A DNA stretch of 63,676 nucleotides, the filler included, from Dugesia japonica (taxonomy: Eukaryota): the NCBI GenBank assembly GCA_001938525.1. It is 5 parts of 5 records of this genome, joined end to end, with 100 filler letters (N's around TTAATTAATTAA, not from the genome) between each part and the next. Parts side by side here need not be neighbours in the genome. Positions count along the whole stretch, not along the records: positions 19,805 to 30,858 come from MQRL01626603.1; positions 30,959 to 50,220 come from MQRL01634142.1; 3 more parts are not named here. One strand, written 5' to 3'. A program made the position numbers and the translations under genes. This document shows, piece after piece, positions 25,501 to 39,179 of the stretch. Position 1 is the stretch's first letter; every line of letters starts with the position of its first letter. The notes under the pieces are model-generated. The model did not search any database. It was not told the origin of the DNA and was given only the letters and a program-made list of their open reading frames with translations.

Positions 25501-27199
25501 ACGAATAATTCAATATATTGTTAATTCAATATATAATAATATAAACACAATTACATGATTAATATGATCAAATCACATATATTTACTAGTTTAATTAATC
25601 GATTCTGTAACGGTTGTAAAAGAATTGATCAGGTGATTCACTTGAAATTTATCGCAAATTAGCAGTTGCTTTGTTGGGTTGAAAACGCCAAAAAAATTTT
25701 ATGTCTGAATTTCTAAAGTTTGGAGGGTTTTTATACCATTNTTTTTATACCATTACTTCATTTCTATTGGTTTTCTTGATCTTATAATTTTCATTTGTAG
25801 TCTGATTAGGGGTTATTTTTAACTCTTGTATATTGTGTTTTTTTCTTTGTTTTACATTAGTGGTTATTTTTGATAACCACCTGATATTTTATTCTTTGTC
25901 TTTACTCTTTCTTCTGGCTTCTTATTAGTCGATCTGTGACGACTCTTTTCTCATCCTTCTGAGAGATTTCCATTATTTTAAATTAACGAATTCAAATTCT
26001 CCTGTTTCCACTTTATCCAGATTTTTTGTTTCCCATCTTTTTTTCCTCATCCTATCCAAAGTTATTCCTCTATTTGTCTTTACCGTCAATTAATCTTTGT
26101 GCGATTAATTATTTAATATTGGTTTTCTTAAATTCATATATTTTTTATTTGAATTGGTCTTTCTTATTTATTTTATTATTTTCTCAATTTCCTTAATTAT
26201 TTCCAGATCATTTCCTGATTTCTTTCACTTTTTTATTAAATGAAATTTATTCCCTCTTTAATTCTAATTTATTATTAATTAATTGGGTTGATTCTCTATT
26301 TACTAGGGTCCCCCTAATTTCTCTTATTTTTGTCCGATGTTTCACACCAACATAATTATTACAAGAATATTTAATCTATTACATTATGTTTTCATATGAA
26401 TTTATAATTAATTATTATGAATAAAAATATGTCTCAAATTATGACTTCTGATATTATAAATAAATTATCTGTGGATGATTTGCCTAAGAATTATAGTGTT
26501 ATTTTTCTTTCAATGAAATATTCAATATTATTATTCAATTGCACGAATTATCTTTACATCGTAAATTTATTTCAAAGTTCCACTGCGACGATCAATTATC
26601 ATTCGTAAATATTCTCGTAAATTTTATGTATTGGTATTTTTTAAAGAATTGTATATATTTTGATTTTTATTTAAAAGTGATTATATAAATATTTGAGTAT
26701 AAAGTGGTAAATTTTAATTTTATATACGTTAATTAAAAATTAAATTTATTTCCAAAATTTTTTTGCGTCAAAGTAATTTGGAGATAAATTAATTTTTAAA
26801 TAACGTTTATAATACTTTAATAAATAATTTTATTGAGAATTTCAACTGAATGTCAAATTATTTTTATTTTGTTTGAATAAACAAATTATTGTTATAGTTT
26901 TTNTAATAAAGTTTTATGAACTCATTTGATCTTATTAATACAACGATGAGTGCTACAAAGTCATCTAACATGGTAACAGCGATAAACGCCGATGAAATCA
27001 AGGATAGATTATTGCAAAAGTGATAATTTAGAGAGATTTAAAAAATGATGTGAAATATATTTCGAAGCAAAAGACATCGTTAACTAGAAAGATCAAGAAC
27101 GTTTAATAACACATATGCTTGATATATATTTATTTGAGGTATTTTGGAATACCTTAAAATACGTTGACTAATATCAAGATTACTATCGGCTTTTAAAGA

Positions 27200-28300
27200 A
27201 AAAAGATATGTGATAAAATATTTTCAGAATGTTATAAATTATCAACATGGTGGTGAAGACTTCAAAGTTCTTTTCAAAAAAGTAAAATAGATCAATAAAT
27301 TGCTATCAAATCGAGAGGTGGGGAAAGAGAAAATCAGGGCAAAAATGCTAATAATTTCTTCAGATAACAAAAAAGCAGAAAAAAAAATAATTATGCGGAA
27401 GTTGGAGAAAGTATAAGAATTAAAAAAAACTCCATCTTTAGTTGAGAAAATAGAAAGAAAACATATATATATACGTATTGAAGAATTACACATAAGTAGC
27501 ACGTGGAGAAGTTGCTATAGACAGGAGAACCATCAAGAAAGTTATGAAAAGAACAGGTATGCCAAAATTATGGTCACACAAAAAAAGTATTCCAAAAATT
27601 CACAGGTAGAATGCTCAACTTGCCACAGGAAAAGATTTATAAGTAAAAATTGTCCAGATAAGAAGCCACCAAAATGTTTTGATTGTGGTAAGATTGGTCA
27701 TATTAGAAGGTCGTACACGGAGATTGTATGCGGTACATGTAAGAAACATGTAAAAGTGAAGAGATATACATAGTAGAAGATTTAGGTCCAAGAAGAGAAT
27801 ACCCAAAAGACAGGGTTCTATTAGTAGGTGAGTTTGTCGAAGCCATTTACTAAATGAGACACTGTTTAATAATCTTCAGGAAGTTGAGAAATGGAACAAA
27901 ATGAGTAAAGTCGGAGAAAAAGTTTACAGATTCATGAAAAAGGAAAATTTCAATGAGGCAAATGATAGCAAAGCAGAAGTAATAGCAATAATTGAAATAG
28001 ACAGAACAAAGAAATTTCATATGATAAGATGCAAGGGAGACCTAACCTTTCGGTAAAGATAAAAGATGAACAGTTTGATTTTTTGTTATACACAAGAGCA
28101 CGAATAAATGTAATGAGCATGGAAAGACCCAGGAGACATAGAGAAATCATGGTAGAGAAAAGCGAGGAAATATTGTAATGTGCAAATAATAGTTCATCAG
28201 AGACAATTGTGAAAGTTGTAGTTTCAGGAGTGTGTGAAGAAGGTACATTTATTAATAGTAGAGAAACTAATGCCATATTTAATTGGTGAAGTGGAATTAC
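27200..28300 (+). mobile_element. Decayed Gypsy gag-protease
   Basis: Zinc knuckles CSTCHRKRFISKNC and CFDCGKIGHIRRS; degenerate protease FLLYTRARINV. Confidence 0.65.
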
Positions 28301-28956
28301 AGAATAATTTTCGGTATCATTTAATTTCGAGTTTTGTTAAAGCTTGTAGTAAAAATTGCAGTTATATAAATAAAATTTAATAATCATTGATGTTTAAATT
28401 ATTGCATTCATTTTACAGTTTTATTTATTTATTATTAGCTGAAATTCTTATTAAATGAAAATGCAAAAGCAGAAAGAATGTTTTATTTCAGATAATTTAG
28501 AATTAACTAACACTCACTATTGGCGGTTTAAAGACAATTTACAGTAATTCCGACAAATTGAAACAAAACCAATTGTGGTTTTAAAGACATTCTTTGGTAG
28601 AGTAATGGTAAAATTTATTTATGATTTTTAAATTAATCTACATTTTATATTTATTTTTTTTACCTATAAAAGAAAAGCAAACAAAATTATTCAAAATAAT
28701 TATTAATAAATAAAATCCTTTCTAATGAAAACAAAAGAAATATTTTAAAATTTTTTAATTATCAAGGAAAACAAATAGAAACATAAATCGTTAAGAAAAT
28801 TAGTCAAAGAACGCTCGTATAAAAGATCTTATTATCCCATCGGAATTATCAATACAATTTTTACATGAACATAAAAACTTAAAACAGAAATACAATAATA
28901 ACATAGAATATAATGACCATTTCCATATTAATCGTACAAAAATAAAAAATAATACT

Positions 28957-29661
28957 TTATATAGCTTCATAAACGGTTTCATTTTTATCTATCAATAATC
29001 TTGGGATTTCAGATAGTCTACTAAATCTATCTTTTAGTTCATATGGATCTTTTAAAAGATCATCCATATTTGTCATTAAGCTACCGATTCCACTGCTTTG
29101 ATCGCCTTCCATATGTACAACAGACCAGCACATTGGAGAATTAGTACACGGATTTGATGCTGGAGAAGTGTCTAAAGCCTCCTGACTACTATAAACGTTC
29201 ATCTTTACTTCTTCAGGCATAATTTTTTGAATCCATCTTAATGGCGGACAAGGTTGGGCATATTTATGAGAGTCTTTTCCTAGTAGTCCTTTAACGGGAA
29301 GAGAAAATTGACGAGTGAAGGGTGAAGAAATTGATTTTTTTAAAGAGTGATTATTATTGTTATAATTTAGGCACCAAAATGACTGAGGAGAAGAAAGTGC
29401 AACATTCATATTATCTGCTATTCCAACTTCAGGCCCAGGTGATGGCAATAAAGGTGGATAGTTGTTTCCAAATTCTAATTTTTCCTGAGAATCACCTTTG
29501 TTTTTTTGTCCCGATTTTCGTCTAGCTGTTAAATGATATCGAAGTTTTCTATTTCTTCTATAGCCTTTGAGAAATTTGATAATTAAAATTAATAAAATGA
29601 GAGTGAACACTCCACAGAGAGCATATAATATTATATGAATAGTCGACGTATTCGATGTGTT
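28957..29661 (-). CDS. Terminal exon of a host single-pass membrane protein (TM helix plus ~200-aa cytoplasmic tail)
   Basis: Acceptor ttttattgtttAG at 29662-29663, phase 0, 235 open codons. IIIYALCGVFTLILLILII is followed by a basic stop-transfer KFLKGYRRNRK; ends ETVYEAI*. Confidence 0.7.
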   Translation of the reverse strand, partial: NTSNTSTIHIILYALCGVFTLILLILIIKFLKGYRRNRKLRYHLTARRKSGQKNKGDSQEKLEFGNNYPPLLPSPGPEVGIADNMNVALSSPQSFWCLNYNNNNHSLKKSISSPFTRQFSLPVKGLLGKDSHKYAQPCPPLRWIQKIMPEEVKMNVYSSQEALDTSPASNPCTNSPMCWSVVHMEGDQSSGIGSLMTNMDDLLKDPYELKDRFSRLSEIPRLLIDKNETVYEAI

Positions 29662-32600
29662 CTAAACAATAAAAAATGAATTTAAATAAGAAATAATAAA
29701 GGTTCCTTGATTAACTCTTCAAATTATACAATAAATGATTTTTTATTTGGATAATATTTGATAATTTAGTAATGTAAAAGTAAAAACAAAAACCTATAAT
29801 TAGATGATGACGAAAATAATTTATAAAACTTTGGGTTCAAACATTCTTTTTGTAATGTAAATCAAAAACAGAATCTGAGACAAAAAATAAATTTACAAAA
29901 TAATTGTGAGTAGTGTTGAAAAGCAAGTTGAAACTTTTGTGTGATTGGTGATCTTATTTATAAAGTATTTTGTTTAAAAGAGAGATCTAAATTATGGACG
30001 AAAATTTAAATAAACAAATATTTGGTTTAAGGATAAATTAAAATTATTGAATATAAGTTTAACTTTTTTATAAATAAAATTTTAAAGTAGTTAAAATTTT
30101 ATCGTAAAATTTTTAAGAGACAGTTAAGAAAATAAATAAAATGTTTTTAAATGGATAAAATCAATTTTAATAAATAAAATTTTAATAGTTAAAATGTTGT
30201 CGCAAATTTTTAAAAATGAATCTTAATAAATAAAACTTTCAATTTTTAATTTTAGAAAAAAGATCACCAATTAAAAACACGGAATTTTATTTTGTTTNNN
30301 NNNNNNNNNNNNNNNNNNNNNNNNNNGATTTTAATAAAGTATTTCTTATGAATTCGGATTTTGATATTGATAATACGACGAGTGTTCCAAATCCAACTAA
30401 CAATAATTAATAATAATTTATTTGTAGTGGTATTTAAAAATTAAAAATACAAATACAGGAATGCCTCAAATAGTGCGGTTAATTGGTTCACACTAATTGG
30501 GTCATTAATTGAATAAATATGTATCTGTTTCAAAAATATTTTCCTTAGTTTTTAATAAATTAATTAACATAAAATATAGCGCAAACAATAAATTTAGTAA
30601 TACAGAATTTTTAAATCATTTATTTAGAATCTCATTTTTTCAAAATTCATTTTTACGTTCAAAAAATTGCAATAAAGATGTTTATACGGTTCTCTTCGTT
30701 GATTTTTTCTCTCCTCGCATAGTACCGTGTAACAACGAATGATATATTTTATCAATTAGCGAATTTTAAGACTACGCTCAGTACTGGGATCAATTTCAAT
30801 AATAGTTATTTTCTGTACCAATTTTATAATTTTCACAAACTGTTTTTAGATTAAATCTNNNNNNNNNNNNNNNNNNNNNNNNNNNNNNNNNNNNNNNNNN
30901 NNTTAATTAATTAANNNNNNNNNNNNNNNNNNNNNNNNNNNNNNNNNNNNNNNNNNNNTTAAATTGATTCATTTGACTAGAATATATAATGTTCATAGTA
31001 GTTTCCAAAATATCAGGAATTACATGAATTTTAGAAATAGAATTTAGCTACTTATTTTTCATTAATAATTATATTTTTTGTATTAACAAATGAAATTGAA
31101 ACAATAATAAAATTTTGTTTTATGTGATTAATAAATATAAATTTGACCTAAATTCAGTTCTAGAAAAATCAATATCGGTCTTCAAAGAAATTTTATTGTG
31201 TTGAACTTTCGTTTCAGGATAGTTTTTCTTTGAATATTTTTAACCGCATAATTTAATACATAATAAATTCAATTAATACGAAAGCAAATATTAATTTCTG
31301 TTAAATATAACATTTTTAAAATTTAATTAAACTATATTAGTATTGTATTAGTTTTATTGTTTAAAAAGAAAATTAACTCTCTAATATTGGAAATTGGAAT
31401 ATTTTCTCAACAAATTGACAAATCATTAACATCTAATTTAAACACAGCAACAATAATATTTCATTATTCCCTTATTCATCGATTATCTATTATGTAATAG
31501 TATTATCAAAAAAGGAAAAGTTAAATTAAATAAAAGAATTAATTTATGGGATTTTAAGAACTAAACTAAATGGTATGAAAAATAAATTAATTTACAAAAA
31601 TAAAATATTATTTTAAATCTAAAATATTATAATTCAAAAATAATTTAATAATATTAGATAGAAACTTTGACTTTACTTTATTAAAACTCTGAAAACTCAA
31701 AATCGATAGAAAAAATTAATTCATAAAAAATTTTCATTTCACAATGTAATGAACTCCTCTTCCCTATCAATAAAATTTTTATTTATGCTTGTAAAATTAA
31801 TCAAACTATGATTCTAACTCCTCGATTGAGATAATAACTGAGCTCAATTCGACGCTAATCAAAAATACTAAACTTTATATTACCGAACTAATGAGCCGCT
31901 TTTCTTATCATACCACTACTGCAAGAAGGGAGAAGTTTAGGTGTATAATTGGTTTCAGCAAAAAAAATTTAATAGATAAACAAAATGCTTTACCGATCAA
32001 AAAAGTAATAAAAATTTAAACATTTAAACCTCTTCGAAAAGATTCTTTGTTTGACTAATCAAATTCTAAGCCAAAAGTTTTTTCTAACCATGCATATTCA
32101 ACCAATCAAATTCTACACCAAATAATTGTTTAACCCCCCCCCACCCCCCGGGGGAGGGGGTTTGGTGTAGTGCGCCACTATGTCCCTACTGACAATAAAT
32201 TTAATTGATGGATTAAATTTCCGATTATTAGATAATTCTTCAATTGGTAAAAATTTTCAAAATCACAACTATTTTTAGACACATTTTATTTCAATTCATA
32301 TAGCTATCTCAATTATATAATCATATAAGAATAGAACCATAAAATCAGTTATCTACAATTTAATCGATTTCTATTGGCTGAATTAATTATTAATTTATAG
32401 TTATTTCTTTATATCTCCCTTCTTTAAAAACTTTTAAGGTTTGTTTTTCTGTTTTTCTAAGTTTTTCTATTGTTTTCATGTATTTTCTAAAGGTTTGTTT
32501 AGATTTATATATCTTTTTTTCTATTGGTTTTAATGAGACTAATCAATTGGGTTTCTATGGGTTTTACAATAGTTTAGTTAATCGATAATTTCTTTATATC

Positions 32601-33576
32601 CAATCAAATTCGTTAATTAGTCGTATTAATATGAAAAATTTGATATAATATTTGATTATTTTGTTTTTTGAAAATGTCAAAAGTAATAAATATTTCAACT
32701 GCTACAATATTAGATGATGGATGGGAGTAAATATCTGAGGAAGATAAGGACTATAGCCAAGTATGCATCAATAAAAAACTTTATCCAACTGAGGAATATT
32801 CTTGTCATCAAGATATTCAATGTGTAGAAAATCTGGAACATTGTTCGAGTTTTGTTAATGACGTCAATTTACGACGTAAAATTAATTTTAAATAATTACG
32901 ATTAAATTACTTTAAATTACTTCAGATACTCAAAAACTTATGATAAAAGAAGTATGTACAAATAAATCTCCTCATTCTCCATCCACTAAGAAAAAGAAAA
33001 TTGATAAAGATTATAATATTCCTTGTTAAAGGTCAAAATTTTCATTTAAAGGATTATACAGAAATGATGAGAAAAACAAATTTATTGCAGATAGGTCAAT
33101 GTATCAATGAAAAATGTCAGATCTTATTTATATATGAGAAAATTTAGAGATATAATAGGTTAGCGGTTCTTTAATTATACAATATTATATAAATATTATT
33201 TAGTTATATTGAGTTATTAATTTTTCATATTATAGTTATTGATTAAAATCTGCTGAAGAATCTAAAGAAGAATACAATTTTAAGTTTAATAAATATTATT
33301 AATTTGAAATGTCTTTTTATTATCTTTGATTAATATTAATAACAGTATATCACAAAAATATATAAAAAGGTCATTACTATACAATAATTATTTCTAAATA
33401 TTTACTCTATATCCTTAAAAACTTACTAGAGTTATGAGAAACCAATACATTTGTTGGGGTGAAATACCCTGTTTAAAAAGGAAATTATAACCAAGGGCCT
33501 ACATCGGAGACAATAAAATGAAGAAGGGGAGTCAGAGAAACTAATTAGGAATAATTGTAATTTGGATAAAAATTAT

Positions 33577-33746
33577 AATTCATTTAATAGAAAAGCTTTG
33601 ATCAAAAGTTTTGTTTTTTTATTGATATTGGATAACAATTCGATATTTCGACCTTGTCTTCGTCAGGAATTGACTTGATATCGAATTGTTATCCAATATC
33701 AATTAAATACCAAAATTTTGATCAAAGCTTTTATATTAAATGAATT
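33577..33746. repeat. ~70-bp imperfect inverted repeat (hairpin) enclosing the hammerhead core
   Basis: AATTCATTTAATAGAAAAGCTTTGATCAAAA...ATTGATATTGGATAACAATTCGATAT pairs with ATATCGAATTGTTATCCAATATCAAT...TTTTGATCAAAGCTTTTATATTAAATGAATT. Confidence 0.9.
33636..33672 (-). ncRNA. Minimal type I hammerhead ribozyme (Penelope-like-element type)
   Basis: Minus strand CAAUUC-CUGACGA-A-GAC-AAG-GUC-GAA-AUAU-C^GAAUUG: 6-bp stem I, CUGANGA and GAAA core, 3-bp stem II, palindromic AUAU in place of stem III, AUC cleavage triplet. Confidence 0.78.
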
Positions 33747-34905
33747 CTATAAAACGATCAATGATTATGTCCAGCAATTATTCTCGCAATAATTCCAATT
33801 GTAAACCAAAAATTATAATGATTATTTCAATAAAAAATCGGAAGAAAATGCAAAAAGAAGAAAGAAAATACCGGGTGAATAAAATAATAGCCTTAATCAA
33901 GTACAATAATTAAAGGAATTATAATTTATTATCTAAAAACAAGAAAATTATCATTAAAAATAATGATTAATTAACAAGGAAAATTAATTAATTTTAGTCT
34001 AAAAAAGAAATCTAATTTGATAAAAATCGGTTATTATGATATATCTTCGCTCTGGAAGATCCTAGAAAATCCTAACAAGAAAATATTGAAAGCTTAAGTT
34101 ATGGGGCAATTGAATTTCCTAACGAGAAAAAGTTGCCAACATCTGAAGGGTCTGAAAAAAAGGTTTTCAATATGAGGTCAATGAGATGCCAGAAAATAAA
34201 CAGAGAATAATGAACGAAAAATCACAAGATGCTCCAAAAATACGCACCAATAGAAGAGACAGAATTTGAAGAAAAAGCTAAAATTTATGCCACGGACCTA
34301 TGCGAGCAAAAGAAACAAGAAACAAAAACAGCATCCAGCCAAATTCAAGTTGGGGTGCAAGTCAAAACGATATAAAAACCCCCTTTAAATTTAGTGTTTT
34401 CACCCAAAATAATTTGGCTTTTACATAATAACATTTGACGAAAAACCGACGATATATTTGAAAAAAGAAAACGACAAATAGTTAAAAGGATATTAAATCA
34501 AATAAAGAAAAGTTACTAACTGGCTATATCTGAAACTGAACTTTCTTTGGACAACCCTGTAGTAGATTTTCATCAAATTCAACTAGTGAGTAATGTTTGA
34601 TTTACGTTAATATAATACGCTATCATAAGTTTAAGAGCTACACTGTTTAATATTGTAAGTTCTTTATTATTAAAAATTTTTGTATTTTTTAATTGTTTTC
34701 TATGTAAATTAATTTTTAATGGTTTTTTAATTAAAACTTTTACATGATAATAGTTATATGACAATTTTTAGATAAATTTTAAATCAATTTTTAGATAAAA
34801 ATTAATAGAGAAGAAAAAATCGAAGAAATCATATATTTATTTACAAAATATCCTTCAAAAACAAACATTTCGGGTAAAAATATTTTATGATATTATAATA
34901 AGGTT

Positions 34906-35996
34906 TTAGAGATTTTTTTTATCCTCTTCCACAACTTGGGAAATTCCTGACTTAATCTGTTGGAATTTAGAACTTGAGTCCAAATCCAAATTTTTGATCA
35001 GAGGTTTTCTTAGTTTTGATTTGAATCGGAAAAAATAATTTTCTATTGGGTTCAGGAAAGGGCTATATGGTGGTAGATGAAGGAGTTTATTATTTTCTGC
35101 TGTTGTCAGCGCATTGTTGTGGATAGATGCATTATCGTGAATAAAGTAATATTCACTTGCATCCAACTTTAACGATAAGTCATGAATAAATTTCTTGTAG
35201 AGCACTTGGTTGACAGACTCTTGATGAACCAAATGATGAATTGAACCTTTTTTTCCAATCGACATTATGATGGATATATTCTGGCCTCAGTGAGTAGGTA
35301 CTTGAATATAGGCATTGTCGCCACTGAAACTTCTTCCTATTAATCGTTGGGTACACACAATACAATAGGTCTCGTCTATATATATGCATTGAATTGACCG
35401 TATTTTGTCCTCGAAGGTTTTTTCCACATATTCTTTTCTTAGATTTTTTACTCGATCAGAATTTTTTTCAACAACAGAATATCGTAACTTCTTGATCGTA
35501 AAAAATCTGTTCTTCAAAAAGGTCGATATTTTTGTTGTAGATGTATCCAAACCTTTTTCTTGGAAAAACAGTTTCATTTCTTCCAAGGTCATGTGGTTGT
35601 TTTTATCGATTTCGACTAATAATTGGTCCCCTATTTCTTCATTAATAATTTTTTTCTGTGCCCACCATGTTTTCCTTTCGAAATTGAACCCGTTCTATTA
35701 TATCTAAAATAGGATTTTTTGATTTATTTTAAATAAATTAATTTAAATTTTACTTAGAGATAATATTTCTTAAAGACCCAAAATTCACATTTAAAATTTC
35801 GCTGACAGATTTCAAATCTCTGCCCTCTTTTTAAGCTTTTATGATCCGTTCTTTGTCTATAGCAGAAATCCTGTTAAAATTTAATAAATATGAATTCAAA
35901 ATGAAAGAATTACTTTGAACAGATTTTTGGAAGCCAGCAGGGCTCTGATGAGTCAGAACTCGATCTTGAAATTGTTTCATAATTTTCGAAATTCAT
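34906..35996 (-). pseudogene. IS630/Tc1/mariner-superfamily transposase with two spliceosomal introns and DD30E spacing
   Basis: ATG 35996; GT-AG introns 35913-35871 (43 nt) and 35753-35704 (50 nt), both phase 2. HTH ISAIDKERIIKA..NFGSLRNIISKY, KHGG, MTLEEM; catalytic IYIDET, IHDNASIH, LPPYSPFLNPIE. One stop plus frameshifts. Weak TIR-like match at ~34624-34645 and ~36012-36034. Confidence 0.85.
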
Positions 35997-38900
35997 ATTT
36001 TAAATTTTTTAAAATTGTAGCACTTAAAGTTTTGTAAACTTAGTTATTTTTTGAAAAGAATATGTGTATGTATGTGTGTGCTTGCTGTGTTTGTTTATTT
36101 TCTTACCTTTTTAGATTTTAATATTAGATTCACTTGTTAATCTTTTAAGTAAGATTTTATGTATTTAATTTAACTTTCTTATATTATAGGGATCCAATCA
36201 AAATCAAACAATTTATTATTAAACAATTTGATTGCCACTATTCACTTCTTAAACTTTTTTAGTGTATCTGATTGTAAATTATGATAAATAAATATTTATG
36301 GTAAAAATCGAGATTTCTTATTAAAATTTATTTCAATTTTCACAATCGATTTTGTTTCTAAAAAGTTTATGAATGATATTGTCAGTCAAAATTCTGAGTA
36401 CATTGTTATCCACCAGTAATTGCTGTGTAAAGGAAATTCTTTCAATTTGCATAATTCCAATTTACAAATTCTGTGTATAAAAATAGTTGAAATCAAAAAA
36501 CATCAATAATCTCATTAGCTTATTGGCAGAGAATACTAATCCATATTTGCTATTGCTTAACACACCATGTCGTTTGTGAGTTGTAACTACCAGTTACTTT
36601 GTCCTTATCTACAAAAATGTTCGATGACTCCTGTCAGCTGAGTTCAATAAGCGGCACACATGCTTTGTATGTCATTATAAGCAGTAGTATCATCTGCCTC
36701 GTTATTGCCATTATTATCAAATTTTAAGTGAAAATTTAAGTGGAAATTTCCAACCCAATTATGAGTTACTATTATTACTACTGTTATTATTATTATCATT
36801 ACCATTATTATCACTATTATAATTATTATTATATGAATTTTCAACTTTATTATATTTACTGTTATTATTACCATCATTATTATTATTAACACTTGTTAAT
36901 ATTATTACTATTATTTTGGTTCGGATTGTTTATTAGAAACACAAGAAGTACTATAATTACTTTGGCCATGTTGATGTGCTCTTATTATTATCCTTATTGT
37001 GGTTATTATTATACTTAGTGGTATTACAATTATTACTATTATTGATTTACTATTACTGTCATTATTAAACTCCTTATCATGATTCATATTATTATTATTT
37101 AACACCGTTATTAACATTATTATCATTATTTTTTGTGTTAATATTCATTACTATTGATGTCCCCGACGTTTTGGTTTTATCGTTGACTTTATAATATTAT
37201 TAATATTAACGATACTTTTCTTCTTATCAATCTTGATGCCTATAGTTATTCCAGCAGTCCTAAAATGTTTTATTTTTATTATAAATATAGTTTGCCTTTT
37301 ACTTAGGATCACCTTCAACGACCATTGTTATTATAAATGGTTATTCAGGTTCACTAGTGTTCTTGTCATGTCCAAAATATTATGTGCCACTTCAACAGGA
37401 AGGGACAAGTCTCGAAAACGTCAATTGATAGGCCATATTCTGGCACCGGATCAGATTCTGTCACCCAAAGAAACCGATGTATGATGTTTTGAAGAGTTAT
37501 TCCCGCTCCAAACTCGCGTTGACTTAGATCAGACAAATGGATTTTCTAACAGCTATCCTTAAATAAAATCGTCATTTTAGGTAATAATTTTTCTTTTATA
37601 AAATTTGTCTAACAACTACCATTTTATAAATTTATGCTTTTAGTGAATGCCATCTGGAAAAGAGTGTGGGATAGCCGTACTCAAAGAATGATTTTCCGAC
37701 GGCATGCCAACCCCCACAATAGGGATGTGGGAATACTGGTCGATCACACCAACTTACCCCTCGTAGAAGCCTTAGTGGAGAGAATTCAGTATTTCGGCGA
37801 ACGTCAGCATTATCAAAACTGGAATAGGCTATCACAAAATTTGGCAACTAGGTTTATTTAGTATACTCACGCCCCTCCCCCTACAGTAAAGGCATTTGTC
37901 ACTAACTTGCTTTGTGGTATTAGGGAACAAGGCACCAATGAGGATGGCGAGAATACAGAAAATGTAACTAATACAACGAACAGAATTTAATTTGTTACGC
38001 TAAATCGTTTGTGTTTTCGTGTAATAAATGTTCCTGATACAATCGGTTAAAGTAAACTTTAGCTTATCTGTCTTAAGTAGTTCATTCATATAATTATTGA
38101 TCTTTTTTTTCGTCTAGCATATGAATCCTGAATTGTAAAATAATGTATTGATGTGTTTACATTAATCATCGCAACCATTAATTTAGTTAATCCTTTAAGT
38201 AACCTTCAGTGCATTCATCTCTAAACCGTTCAGTTGCCCCCACCAAGAAGTACGCAAAACCAGCGAGGTAAATTCTTGAAGGGGTCCCTCGAGGGCTGTC
38301 TTTTCCCATAGCCCTATTTATTTCTACAACCAACTCAGGTGGAATCCCAACACATTCATTAAAACCATGCAATAAACCCAATACATTTAATGAAACCATT
38401 TACAGCATACATTTAATAATTACACCATATAAACGCAAATAATTCAAAGAAATCTGTACATTAAATTTATTCAGTACGTTCATATACTTATTAATACGCC
38501 TAATCTATACAATTTACATATCATTTTATAAATAAAGTTAACAAAATTATACAAATATTCGTAGATTTACTTATAAATTTCATTATAAACATTATACAAA
38601 CTTCAACATAAATTCTATAGGGTTTTATAAGATAATTATTGGGATTTATATGGTAATTATAGGGTTATTCTAGTATCATTTATTATCTTATAGTGTTTTG
38701 CTAGGTTCTTATTAGAATTATAGGGTTTTAAATATTATTATTGTGCTTCGAAGGGTTTTATTTGAGCTTATAGATAAAATGTTTCGAAATTGCATAGATG
38801 TATATCTAATGTTTCGAAAAGGTGCATGTTCGCCTATGTAATATTTTCAAACATAACATATATGTTGCTAAACGTTTACAAAGTTCTAAAACAGGAAAGT

Positions 38901-39179
38901 AACACAAATATTGCATAATAGTCAATAAAAGTTTACATAAATTGTATATACGTCTATGTTATATTTTTAAAAATAACATAGATGTCTATGTTATATTCTT
39001 AAACATAGTATATATGTCTATGTAATATTTTTAAACATAACAAAGATGTATGTGTAATTTTTACAAAAATAACATAGATGTCAATAGAGTCTAACAAAAA
39101 GCCCAACTGAGCTTCATACACAGTAAACTAATTGAGTCTTATACCATAGTAAACCAAAGGATATTATACACCCAATAAA

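Noticed and set aside
35944-35975. CTGATGA...GAAA as a second hammerhead
   Set aside because: No stem II closing onto GAAA and no stem I; it lies antisense to transposase exon 1.
36644-37126. Ile/Asn-rich ORFs (also 10132-10314 and 42089-42394)
   Set aside because: Translations of ATT/AAT microsatellite and low-complexity DNA.
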